Source of the DNA: Bacillota bacterium
GTDB taxonomy: Bacteria; Bacillota; Clostridia; Ch29
Direction of reading: 5' to 3'
Assembly: GCA_013540605.1 (NCBI GenBank)
Contig: JABVCK010000009.1
Span: 100,341 to 164,340, forward strand
DNA length: 64,000 bases
Below the pieces are notes generated by a model that had not been told where the DNA came from, did not search any database, and saw only the letters and a program-made list of their open reading frames with translations. This document shows positions 28,431 to 37,457 of this stretch, one piece after another (within the stretch, counting starts at the first letter, position 1; each line of letters opens with the position of its first letter). The translations under genes and the position numbers were made by a program.

Positions 28431-28982
28431 TTTACCCATTTTAATACCGACGGCAGGGCCAAAATGGTAAACGTAAGCGGTAAGGATGTTACAACCAGGG
28501 AAGCGGTTGCCCGAGGAAGGGTATACATGAAAAGCGAGACAATCGACCTCATTGAAAAGGGCCGGATGAAGAAGGGCGATGTGCTTGCCGTTGCCCAGGT
28601 GGGTGGAATAATGGGAGCCAAGCAGACATGGAGCCTGATACCTATGTGCCACCCCCTGAATATAAGCGGAGTTGACATGGCCTTCGAACTGAACAGGGAT
28701 ATAAGCGCCGTTGAAATAGAAGCAAGGGTTTCGGTCGAAGGGAAAACGGGGGTTGAGATGGAAGCCCTTACCGCGGTGTCGATCGGAGCCCTTACGGTAT
28801 ATGACATGTGTAAGGCGGTAGATAAGGAAATGGTAATAGGAGATATCATGCTGGTGAAGAAGACCGGCGGCAAGTCGGGAGATTTTGTTAGTAGCGTGGT
28901 AATATGTCAAGAAAAAGTTTTTGGAACCTTGTTCGATAGAGCCAAGGAAGAACTTCGAGAACATACTGAGGAAAAAGGATAG
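28431..28982 (+). CDS. moaC: Cyclic pyranopterin monophosphate synthase
   Basis: 183 aa. MoaC fold motifs (VDMAFELNRD, EMEALTAVSIGALTVYDMCKA). The ATG at 28431 has a GGAGGG RBS. Confidence 0.8.
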   Translation, partial: FTHFNTDGRAKMVNVSGKDVTTREAVARGRVYMKSETIDLIEKGRMKKGDVLAVAQVGGIMGAKQTWSLIPMCHPLNISGVDMAFELNRDISAVEIEARVSVEGKTGVEMEALTAVSIGALTVYDMCKAVDKEMVIGDIMLVKKTGGKSGDFVSSVVICQEKVFGTLFDRAKEELREHTEEKG

Positions 28983-29439
28983 CCTGGACAACCATACGAA
29001 TATACGTTGCCGGTGTCGGCTGCCGAGGATGTCATCTCGCAGACTGGCTCTGATGAGCCGTCGGAAACCGATATGGTTGCGGAAGTTAAGGGAATGCACT
29101 TTTATATGATAGCGACCTCAGCAGGAATTTCCCCGAAGTGACCATTGAATATGGCATCATATACAAGGGTTTACACGTATTTGGTGGCTGGTTACCATTC
29201 CTGTTGATTGGTCAAGATATTATACAGGAGTGTGATATTGGTAAAACGTAACTGTATACAATAAGCGATACCTGCGGATATTGCCATATGGTGAAACAAT
29301 ACCCATGATAAGAATACCCCACACTGAAAAAACGTTTCCAGGGATGCAGATGCCCGTGTAAGGAACTGGATTACAGGGTTACATGGGGAGTCCCGGTTAT
29401 CCTTGTTGGAACGAAACGGTGGTGGGCTTTCGGACAAAA

Positions 29440-29640
29440 CCAAACTTGACCAGCTGCTATAGCCAGTGGCTAGTGGTTAATGATCAGTGGTCATGACAGA
29501 TCACAGATCACAGACGTCAGGGAAGTGCTTATGGGAAAACCCAAGATTTTGCCCAAGAACCTGTGACCTGTGAACTACGAACCAGCAACTCCACCTGCCA
29601 TCTGCCATCTATGACCCAGGATCCAGTATCCAGAACTTAA
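29440..29640. repeat. Low-complexity intergenic repeat family B: CAGTGG/CAGATCA-rich, containing ACCTGTGAACTACGAAC
   Basis: Shares the exact 17-mer CCTGTGAACTACGAAC and CAGTGGTCA-type iterations with the element at 40340-40420. Confidence 0.6.
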
Positions 29641-29649
29641 AATAGAAAC

Positions 29650-29676
29650 CGCGTTATATAAAGCGGTTCTCTTATT
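29650..29676. terminator. Hairpin AACCGCG-ttatataa-AGCGGTT with U/A-rich flanks on both strands (bidirectional terminator candidate)
   Basis: 6-7-bp stem with T-rich runs on both sides. It lies between the intact moa operon and the inverted pseudo-moa segment. Confidence 0.35.
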
Positions 29677-29769
29677 CTTCCAATTTGATTTCTGCCCCCA
29701 GGTTTATTTTGCCTCAAATGACTTTTGCAAATATCCCTCGGTCGGCATGATAACACCGCCCACCTGCTT

Positions 29770-30655
29770 AAAGATGGCGCATTTCATGGCATTCTTCCTT
29801 CACCTGGCTTATTTCCAGAAGCACTTCTCCGTCCTGATCCGGTACCGGATATCCAGCTGCAGTGCCTTATGCCTTCCGTAGTAATGTTTTCCGCAAACTT
29901 CTTCCGGTAACACAGCCCTTTATGCCCAGTAAGTAATCTTATCATATGCTCTCTGCCAGCAGGCTCACCTGCTCGTTATTTTCCGCATGCCATGTCGCCT
30001 TCCGCCCGAAATCCTTTATGAAGTTACCCCTCAGCTATACCTCTTGGGGACCTCTTTTCGCTAATGTTGCCAAATCTCACTTTCCTCTATCATTTCCATA
30101 CCTCCTAACAAAATTCCTCCGACTTGCCGCCGCCGGTCTTCACCAGCATGATATCTCCTATTACCATTTCCTTATCTACCGCCTACACATGTCATATACC
30201 GTAAAGGGTTCGATCGACAATCGCGGTAAAGGGCTTCCATCTCAACCCCCGTTTTTCCTTCGACCGAAACCCTGTTTCTATTTCAACGGCGCTTATACCC
30301 TCTGTTCAGTTCTCGAAGGCCATGTCAACTCCGCTTATATTCAGGGTGGCACATAGGTATCAGGTTCATGTTCGCTTGGCTCCCATTATTCACCACCTGG
30401 GCAACGGCAAAGTTAACATCGCCCTTCTTCATCCGGCCCTTTTCAATGAGGTCGATTGTCTCTGCTTTTCATATACCCCTTCGGCAACCGCTTCCCTGGT
30501 TGTAACATCCTACCGCCACGTTTTGGCCCTGCCGTCGGTATTAAAATGGGTAAACTGCTCAAAATCACCTCCTCGATTTTGGTACACATTTCGCCTGTTC
30601 CCGCCGGCGTCCTGCATTCTTCCACGTGGGAGGGCAAGAGATACCTGGATGGTTC
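29770..30655 (-). pseudogene. Decayed inverted duplicate of a moa segment: moaA 3' end, moaC-like region with indels and frameshifts, and a frameshifted MOSC-domain remnant
   Basis: The reverse complement of 30040-30650 aligns at nucleotide level with 28330-28900 (moaA end plus moaC). For example, cctaacaaaattcctccgacttgccgcc at ~30095 matches the reverse complement of 28861-28890, and tcctcgattttggtacacatttcgcctgttcccgccggcgtcctgca matches the reverse complement of the moaA stop region. Minus-strand frames at 29770-29935 read ...KKFAENITTEGI... and GEVLLEISQVKEECHEM, which are MOSC-domain motifs split by frameshifts. Only short ORFs remain. Confidence 0.65.
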
Positions 30656-30665
30656 CGGGGGGCCT

Positions 30666-31883
30666 ATGTGCGTCAGCCTGGGGCACTGTATTCCCGAAAT
30701 AGCTGATGAAATGTACGAACAGGCTAAGAAACTTTGCTTTGCGTACAGAATACAGTTCGATAACGATCCCTTGGAGAAGCTGTCAGAAAAACTTGCTCAG
30801 TGGGCTCCGGGAAACCTCAACAGATCCTATCTGGTGAACAGCGGTTCAGAAGCGAATGAAATGGCCTTGAAACTTGCCAGGAGTTACTGGATGGAAAAGG
30901 GCATGCCTTCAAAGACAATGATAATCTCCAGATGGTCAAGCTATCATGGAAGCACCATAGGCGCACTCTCAATGTCGGGCCATGTATCAAGGAGAATGGA
31001 GTACTTCCCCTATCTGGAGATGTATCCGCAGGTAGCGCCGCCTTACTGCTACCAGTGCCCCTTCGAGAAAAAACATCCCGAATGCGGCTGCATGTGCGCA
31101 AAGCAATTGGAGGATGCCATACACAGGATTGGTTCCAAGAACATATCCGCCTTCATAATGGAGCCGATAATAGCAGCTGCTGCAGCGGGAGTCTATGGAC
31201 CTCCGGAATACTATAAAATGATACGGGAGATCTGTGATAGACACGATATTCTGCTGATAGCCGACGAAGTGGTGACAGGATGCGGGAGAACCGGCGAGAC
31301 CTTCGCAATGAAGCACTGGGGAGTTGTACCGGATATTATCACTTTTGGCAAGGGAATAAGTTCCGGGTTTACTCCTCTCGCAGGGTTCATAGCCGGGGAC
31401 CATATATATGATGCAATACTGAACGGCTCAGGTCTGTTTCTGACAGGACATACCTTTGCAGGGAATCCGCTTTCAGCCGCTGTCGGATACAGCGTTCTAT
31501 CCTACATCGAAAAACACAACCTGGTCGAAGGAGCCCGCGAAAAAGGCGAATACATGGAAGCCAAACTAAAGGGATTGATGGAAAAGCACGAGATCGTAGG
31601 GGATGTGAGAGGAAAGGGTTTGCTCTGGGGAATAGAGTTTGTAGAAGACCGAGAAACCCATAAACCCTTTGATGCAAGCAAGAACGTCACCGGCAGGATG
31701 GTAGGGTATTCGATGGGCAATGGCCTCGTAGTATTTGCCAGCCAGGGAACCATAAACGGAGTAGCGGGGGATGCAATAATTGTTACCCCTCCGCTGACAA
31801 TCACCCATGAGCAGATTGATGAACTGGTTGAACTGCTGGAAAAATCAATTATTCAACTTACCGAGAAATTGCGGAGCTTATGA
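30666..31883 (+). pseudogene. Class III (omega-type) PLP-dependent aminotransferase, 5'-truncated at the junction with the inverted moa duplicate
   Basis: Homology starts abruptly at EGKRYLDGSGGPMCVSLGH, a motif normally found ~50-60 residues into class III aminotransferases. The PLP-lysine motif TFGKGI is present. Everything upstream is antisense pseudo-moaC sequence. The first in-frame ATG after the junction is 30666. The ORF track's 30456 start would give a chimeric N-terminus. Confidence 0.55.
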
Positions 31884-31900
31884 ATATAAATATAAAATAA

Positions 31901-31936
31901 AAGAGGTTTCGGTTGACGAAACCTCTTTTATTTTTA
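31901..31936 (+). terminator. Rho-independent terminator (AAGAGGTTTCG-gttga-CGAAACCTCTT plus TTTATTTTT)
   Basis: Perfect 11-bp stem followed by a T-run, 18 nt after the aminotransferase stop. Confidence 0.7.
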
Positions 31937-32158
31937 AGTACCTGTTGGAACATATTCACGGGTTTATTTAATAGAAAAATTATAGTATAATTAAGTGTGT
32001 TGCGTTGAATAATAATAAATTTATACATTTTCCGGAGATGGTGCGCAGGGTTAAAGGAATGTCCGCAATATATACGTTAAATGCGTAACAATAAAGGATT
32101 CTGAAAACCATTGTCGAATACCATTACGGTTTCATTAAAACAAAAGGGGTGAAAAGAA

Positions 32159-33493
32159 ATGCAACTGAAGTCACTGACCTTCAAAGGAGGTGTACATCCT
32201 CCTCACCATAAACATTATACAGAACACCTGCCTCTGAAAAAAGCTGAGGTGCCGAAGTTGGTAATAATACCGCTGCAGCAGCATATCGGCGCTCCATGCG
32301 ACCCGTTAGTGCAGGTGGGCGATGAAGTTAAACTGGGGCAGAAGATTGGTGAACCAAAGGGTTTTGTGAGTGCGCCTATTCATTCAAGCGTTTCAGGCAG
32401 GGTGGCTGCAATAGAAAAGCGGCCCCATCCCGGAGGCGGACTTGTCCTATCGGTTGTGATAGAATCCGACGGATTGGATTCGTTGGATGAAAGCATTAAA
32501 CCAAGGGGAAATCTTGAAAATTTAACGGCCGAAGACATCAAAAACATTATGAGGGAAGCCGGCCTTGTGGGTATGGGAGGAGCTACGTTTCCAACCCAGG
32601 TCAAGTTTTCACCGCCGGCGGACAAGCCGATCGATACGGTTATACTGAACGGTGCTGAGTGTGAGCCCTATCTGACAGCTGACCACAGGCTTATGCTGGA
32701 GAACGCCGGAGATGTTGTTCTCGGGCTGAAGGCTATGATGAAAGCGGTCAATGTTAAGAAGGGCTATATTGCGATAGAGAACAATAAACCCGATGCAATA
32801 AAAGCAATAGCCGAAGCCGTGCAGGGAGAAGGGGATATTGAGGTTGTTTCATTGAAAACCAAGTATCCACAGGGCGCTGAAAAACAGCTGATTAAAGCCT
32901 GTACCGGCAGGGAGGTGCCTTCCGGCGGACTGCCTATGGACTGCGGTGTTATAGTAAACAACGTGGGAACATCGGCTGCCCTTGGCAATGCAATAAAAAC
33001 GGGGATGCCGCTCGTTGAGCGTATAGTAACCATCACCGGAAGTGGAGTTAAGGAACCGCAGAATCTTGTTGTAAGAATAGGGACGCCCTTTGCAGACGTA
33101 ATTGAGCAGTGCGGCGGCCTTGCGGATAATGTCGGGAAGGTAATACAGGGTGGTCCCATGATGGGTATTGCCCAGTATACAACCGAGGTTCCTGTAATAA
33201 AAGGTACTTCGGGAATTCTGGTACTAAAAGAGGAAGACCTGGGACTAAAACCTGAGATTGCGTGCATCAAGTGTGCAAGATGCGTTGACGCATGTCCCAT
33301 AGGACTGCTTCCAACCAAGCTGGAAGGCTTTGCGCAGAAAGGAATGCTGCAAGAGGCTGATGAATACCATGTGATCGATTGTATAGAATGCGGGAGCTGT
33401 TCCTTTATCTGTCCTGCCAAGAGACCTCTTGTCGAGAGGATCAGGCTGGCGAAAGCCCAGGTAATGGCGGAAAAACGCAAAGCAAAACAATAG
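32159..33493 (+). CDS. rnfC: Rnf electron-transport complex subunit C (NADH-binding, 2x[4Fe-4S])
   Basis: 444 aa. RnfC N-terminal barrel-sandwich and NuoF-like core. C-terminal CIKCARCVDACP and CIECGSCSFICP motifs. Confidence 0.85.
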   Translation: MQLKSLTFKGGVHPPHHKHYTEHLPLKKAEVPKLVIIPLQQHIGAPCDPLVQVGDEVKLGQKIGEPKGFVSAPIHSSVSGRVAAIEKRPHPGGGLVLSVVIESDGLDSLDESIKPRGNLENLTAEDIKNIMREAGLVGMGGATFPTQVKFSPPADKPIDTVILNGAECEPYLTADHRLMLENAGDVVLGLKAMMKAVNVKKGYIAIENNKPDAIKAIAEAVQGEGDIEVVSLKTKYPQGAEKQLIKACTGREVPSGGLPMDCGVIVNNVGTSAALGNAIKTGMPLVERIVTITGSGVKEPQNLVVRIGTPFADVIEQCGGLADNVGKVIQGGPMMGIAQYTTEVPVIKGTSGILVLKEEDLGLKPEIACIKCARCVDACPIGLLPTKLEGFAQKGMLQEADEYHVIDCIECGSCSFICPAKRPLVERIRLAKAQVMAEKRKAKQ

Positions 33494-33516
33494 CGTGAGG
33501 TTAGGAGGGAAAAGCA

Positions 33517-34440
33517 ATGGACTATGGTAACCTGGTAGTGAGTTCGTCTCCTCACATTAGGTCTGAAGATACTGTGCAGAGAATAATGATGGACGTCATT
33601 ATTGCACTGCTTCCTGCTACTGCTGCCTCGATATACTTTTTCGGATTCAGGGCTATGGCAATTGTGGTTGTGAGCATTCTTGCCGCAGTAGCAACAGAGG
33701 CAGTGATTCAAAAAATAAGGAAAAAACCTGTGACTATTAGCGACGGCAGCGCGGTAATAACCGGTCTGCTGCTGGCTTTGACCATATCACCGGCGATGCC
33801 GCTGTGGATGACAGCGGTTGGAGCTGTTGTTGCAATAGGAATAGGCAAACAGGTTTACGGCGGACTGGGAAGCAACCCGTTCAATCCTGCCCTTGTCGGA
33901 AGGGCATTCCTGGTAGTAACTTTCCCTGTCCATATGACGACCTGGATAAACCCGATGGACGGAGTTTCTTCGGCAACACCGCTAAACCTATTGAAGATGC
34001 AGGGAATTAAAACAGGCTATATGCCTCTGCTTTTGGGCAACGTGGGTGGAAGCCTCGGGGAAACCTCGGCGCTGCTACTTCTTATAGGAGGTATCTACCT
34101 GCTGTACAGGGGTATTATAGACTGGAGAATTCCGGTATCCTATTTGGGCACGGTAGCCGTATTGACCCTGGTTCTCGGCAGCGACCCGGTATTCCATCTT
34201 CTTGCCGGAGGACTTATGCTGGGGGCTTTCTTCATGGCCACAGATATGGTAACAACCCCGGTGACCAAGTCAGGCAGGCTGGTATTCGGCATTGGAGCAG
34301 GGCTGCTGGTGGTAATTATCAGGCTTTACGGTGGGTATCCCGAAGGAGTGCTGTTCTCGATACTTCTTATGAATACGTTCACTCCGATAATCGACAGGTA
34401 TACACGTCCCAGAATCTATGGGGAGGTGAAGACAAAATGA
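33517..34440 (+). CDS. rnfD: Rnf complex subunit D
   Basis: 307-aa membrane protein of the NqrB/RnfD family with the FMN-attachment TGAT(I)SS motif. Confidence 0.85.
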   Translation: MDYGNLVVSSSPHIRSEDTVQRIMMDVIIALLPATAASIYFFGFRAMAIVVVSILAAVATEAVIQKIRKKPVTISDGSAVITGLLLALTISPAMPLWMTAVGAVVAIGIGKQVYGGLGSNPFNPALVGRAFLVVTFPVHMTTWINPMDGVSSATPLNLLKMQGIKTGYMPLLLGNVGGSLGETSALLLLIGGIYLLYRGIIDWRIPVSYLGTVAVLTLVLGSDPVFHLLAGGLMLGAFFMATDMVTTPVTKSGRLVFGIGAGLLVVIIRLYGGYPEGVLFSILLMNTFTPIIDRYTRPRIYGEVKTK

Positions 34441-34985
34441 AAAACTCAACAGCAAGGCTGATAATCGTACTGGCAATAATATCCATCGGTTCAGGGCTGT
34501 TACTTGCCCTGACCTATAACTTCACCATTCCTTCGATTGAAGCTAATGCAGCCAGGGAGCAGGAGATAGCGATACTCGAAACCCTTCCCGGAGCAACCAA
34601 ATACGAAGAAATTGCTGGTACCGAGTATTCCATGTATAAGGGGTTTGATGATACCGGAAAACTGATTGGTATATCCTACGTTGCGGAAGGCGGAGGTTTT
34701 CAGGGAATAATAAAAATGATGATTGGAATAAACCCGGAAAAAGAAGAAATTACAGGGATTAAGATATTAAGCCATTCGGAGACGCCCGGCCTTGGAGCAA
34801 GAATAGGCGAAGCAGGATTCCAGGGTCAGTTTGCCGGAAAATCGATTAATGATTCATTTGTGGCAAAAGAGGATGTGGAGGCTATAACAGGGGCTACAAT
34901 CTCTTCAAAGGCTGTAGCAGGAATTATTAAAGATAGTCTTCCCAAAGCCATGGAACAGTATAAGGCATCGGGAGGTGGAAAATAA
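34437..34985 (+). CDS. rnfG: Rnf complex subunit G (FMN-binding)
   Basis: 182 aa with N-terminal TM and an FMN_bind domain (GITGATISS). Confidence 0.8.
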   Translation: MKNSTARLIIVLAIISIGSGLLLALTYNFTIPSIEANAAREQEIAILETLPGATKYEEIAGTEYSMYKGFDDTGKLIGISYVAEGGGFQGIIKMMIGINPEKEEITGIKILSHSETPGLGARIGEAGFQGQFAGKSINDSFVAKEDVEAITGATISSKAVAGIIKDSLPKAMEQYKASGGGK

Positions 34986-35590
34986 TGAAATCCACTAGCT
35001 ATGAGTTTTTTAAAGGTCTATGGAAGGAAAACCCGACTTTCAGGTTGTTGCTGGGTATGTGCCCGACCCTGGCGGTGACAAATGCTGCAATAAACGGATT
35101 TGCCATGGGTCTGGCGACAACCTTTGTGCTGTTGGGATCCAACATCATGATTGCTGCGTTGAAGAAGCTAATCCCGGATAAGGTAAGAATACCTTCATAT
35201 ATCATAATCATCGCCACATTCGTTACGATAGCCGACCTTGGCCTGGCGGCGTATTTCCCTGACATATACAAGGTCCTTGGCCTGTTTATTCCGCTAATAG
35301 TGGTCAACTGTATTATACTGGGAAGAGCGGAAGCCTTTGCGTCCAGGAACTCAGTCGGCGCTTCACTGCTTGATGCGCTGGGTATGGGGGCAGGTTTTAC
35401 ATGGGCACTGACACTGCTCGGAATAATCAGGGAGATATTGGGTATGGGCTCGGTATTCGGCATCAAGCTGTTTGGCGAGAGCTTTATTTCATGGATAATA
35501 TTTATACTTCCTCCCGGGGCGTTCCTAACCTTGGGACTGCTGTTAGGCCTGTTTAACGCACTTTCCAAGAAAAAGGCAGAAGCTAACTAG
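34985..35590 (+). CDS. rnfE: Rnf complex subunit E
   Basis: 201-aa membrane protein of the NqrD/RnfE family. Confidence 0.8.
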   Translation: MKSTSYEFFKGLWKENPTFRLLLGMCPTLAVTNAAINGFAMGLATTFVLLGSNIMIAALKKLIPDKVRIPSYIIIIATFVTIADLGLAAYFPDIYKVLGLFIPLIVVNCIILGRAEAFASRNSVGASLLDALGMGAGFTWALTLLGIIREILGMGSVFGIKLFGESFISWIIFILPPGAFLTLGLLLGLFNALSKKKAEAN

Positions 35591-35633
35591 GCAGGGTCAT
35601 AATGAAAAGGAAAAAGGAGGTAGAAATGAGAAA

Positions 35634-36215
35634 ATGGAACTATTGTTACTGTTTATAAGCACAGTATTGATAAACAATTTCGTTCTGTCAAGGTTCCTTG
35701 GAATATGTCCCTTCCTGGGAGTGTCCAAGAAGCTTGAAGTAGCGTTCAGCATGGGATTGGCTGCCACCTTTGTTATGACCCTTTCGGCCATAGCAACCTG
35801 GCTAATCCAGCACTATATACTGATGCCTTTCGGTATGGAGAGATTTCTCCAGTATGTTGCTTTTATTCTTGTTATAGCATCCCTGGTCCAGTTTGTGGAG
35901 ATGTTTCTCAAGAAAAACAGCCCGGCGCTGTACCAGAGCCTTGGCATATTTCTGCCGCTGATTACAACCAACTGTGCAATTCTTGGCCTTGCGCTGCTGT
36001 CAGCGCTGAACGGATATGGTCTGGTAACCAGTACGGTATTTGGTTTTGGCGCCGGTGTCGGATTTACGCTGGCGATCTCAGCAATGGCGGGTCTGAGGGA
36101 AGCAATGGAATTTGGAGATGTTCCGGTGCCCTTCAAGGGAGTGCCGATAACTCTGATAACTGCGGCGATTATGTCGATGGCGTTTCTGGGGTTTTCCGGC
36201 CTTATTGCCATGTAA
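35634..36215 (+). CDS. rnfA: Rnf complex subunit A
   Basis: 193-aa membrane protein of the NqrE/RnfA family. Confidence 0.8.
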   Translation: MELLLLFISTVLINNFVLSRFLGICPFLGVSKKLEVAFSMGLAATFVMTLSAIATWLIQHYILMPFGMERFLQYVAFILVIASLVQFVEMFLKKNSPALYQSLGIFLPLITTNCAILGLALLSALNGYGLVTSTVFGFGAGVGFTLAISAMAGLREAMEFGDVPVPFKGVPITLITAAIMSMAFLGFSGLIAM

Positions 36216-36224
36216 ATGATTGAT

Positions 36225-36248
36225 CGGGGACATTCCGTGGTGAGTCCC
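36225..36248. repeat. Minimal copy of the GGGGACATTCC...GTCCCC hairpin (GGGGACATTCCGTGGTGAGTCCCC) in the rnfA-rnfB junction / rnfB 5' region
   Basis: Same 5' end (GATCGGGGACATTCCG) as the 57-bp unit. It lies 25 nt before the rnfB ATG. Confidence 0.6.
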
Positions 36249-36272
36249 CTGACCTTATTGGAGGTGAAAAAA

Positions 36273-37307
36273 ATGGATAATACAGTCCTAATTGCAGTAG
36301 TAAGTATGGGCGCTATAGGAGTGTTTTTCGCCGCTTTCCTTGCCTTTGCATCTACAAAATTCGCTGTTGAGGAGGACCCGAGGGTCGAAGCGGTGCAGAG
36401 CATACTCCCGGGGGCGAACTGCGGTGCCTGTGGGCAGGCAGGGTGCTCCAACTTTGCTGCGGCTGTTGTAGCCGGAGAAGTACCGGTATACGGCTGTCCG
36501 GTGGGCGGCAGTGAAACAGGTGACAAGATTGCCGAAATCCTGGGTATGGAAGGCAGCGGTGGCAGCGGAGGCAAAAAAGCTGTTGCAAAGGTTATGTGTA
36601 ATGGTGATGACGAAAAATGCAAGAACAAATATAGATATATCGGCGTTCAGGACTGCGTGGCGGCAAGCAGGATGGCCGGTGGCGGTCCAAAGGCGTGTGA
36701 ATACGGCTGTCTGGGCCTGGGGACATGCGTGGGGGTATGTCCGGTGGATGCCATTACGATAAGCGAGGATGGTCTTGCGGTAATAGATGAGGAAAAGTGC
36801 ATAGGATGCGAAAAATGCGTTGCCGCATGTCCTAAGAATGTAATCAGGATGGTACCGTACGGACAGCAGGTGCACGTGATGTGCAACAACCCTGAACCCG
36901 GGAAAATCGTCAGGAAAAAGTGTGAGGTGGGCTGCATCGCTTGCAAAAAATGCGAGAAGGCATGTAAATTCGATGCCATTCACGTGGAAGGCAATCTCGC
37001 TAAGATAGACTATGAAAAATGTACTGAATGTATGGAGTGCGTGAAGGCCTGTCCTACCTATACAATCGTGGGGGATCTGGAAAACAGGAAAATAGCCAGG
37101 ATCCTTGAAGACAAATGCATCAAATGTACGATATGCAAAAAGAACTGTCCCTTTGAGGCGATAGAGGGTGAAGTCAAACAGCCCCACAGAGTCCTTGAAG
37201 ACATTTGTGTCGGGTGCGGGGTTTGTTACGAGAAATGTCCTAAAGACGCTATCGAGATGATAGGTAGCAAAGTCGAAAAAAACAAAAATTCAAAGGAAGT
37301 TGTTTAA
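36273..37307 (+). CDS. rnfB: Rnf complex subunit B (polyferredoxin type)
   Basis: N-terminal TM, a 4Fe-4S Fe-S-binding region (CGACGQAGC...GCPVGG) and multiple C-x2-C-x2-C-x3-CP motifs. The ATG at 36273 has a GGAGGTG RBS. Confidence 0.85.
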   Translation: MDNTVLIAVVSMGAIGVFFAAFLAFASTKFAVEEDPRVEAVQSILPGANCGACGQAGCSNFAAAVVAGEVPVYGCPVGGSETGDKIAEILGMEGSGGSGGKKAVAKVMCNGDDEKCKNKYRYIGVQDCVAASRMAGGGPKACEYGCLGLGTCVGVCPVDAITISEDGLAVIDEEKCIGCEKCVAACPKNVIRMVPYGQQVHVMCNNPEPGKIVRKKCEVGCIACKKCEKACKFDAIHVEGNLAKIDYEKCTECMECVKACPTYTIVGDLENRKIARILEDKCIKCTICKKNCPFEAIEGEVKQPHRVLEDICVGCGVCYEKCPKDAIEMIGSKVEKNKNSKEVV

Positions 37308-37334
37308 ACCGGTGAGGTTCACCGGTTTTTTTCT
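37308..37334 (+). terminator. Rho-independent terminator (AACCGGTGA-ggt-TCACCGGTT plus TTTTTTT) after rnfB
   Basis: Perfect 9-bp stem with a T7 run immediately after the stop codon. Confidence 0.8.
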
Positions 37335-37457
37335 TGCTGGATTTTTTATCACTGGTATATGGATGCATGAAGAAGGTTTATATTGGCAATTATTGCGAAC
37401 AAATAGAGGAAAAATTGAAATTTTATAGAAAACTATTATTTAGCCTAATCAAATGAG

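Noticed and set aside
28242-29099. 285-aa minus-strand ORF overlapping moaC
   Set aside because: It is antisense to a well-supported moaC. It appears as a long ORF partly because a decayed paralogous copy exists, and has no independent homology.
30456-30665. Upstream ATG at 30456 as the start of the aminotransferase
   Set aside because: The N-terminal 70 residues would derive from antisense pseudo-moaC sequence, with no aminotransferase homology. The gene is treated as 5'-truncated instead.
29946-30702. Plus-strand ORFs 29946..30356 and 30322..30702
   Set aside because: They are antisense readings of the degraded inverted moaC/moaA copy. Their translations mirror the antisense of moaC (LAAAGLHQHDISYYHFLIYRL...).
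32764-33711. 315-aa minus-strand ORF inside rnfC, and similar long minus-strand ORFs in rnfB (36288..37187) and rnfE/A (34999..35568, 35813..36628)
   Set aside because: They are antisense to the conserved Rnf subunits, with Ser/Pro/Ala-rich compositions and no homology.
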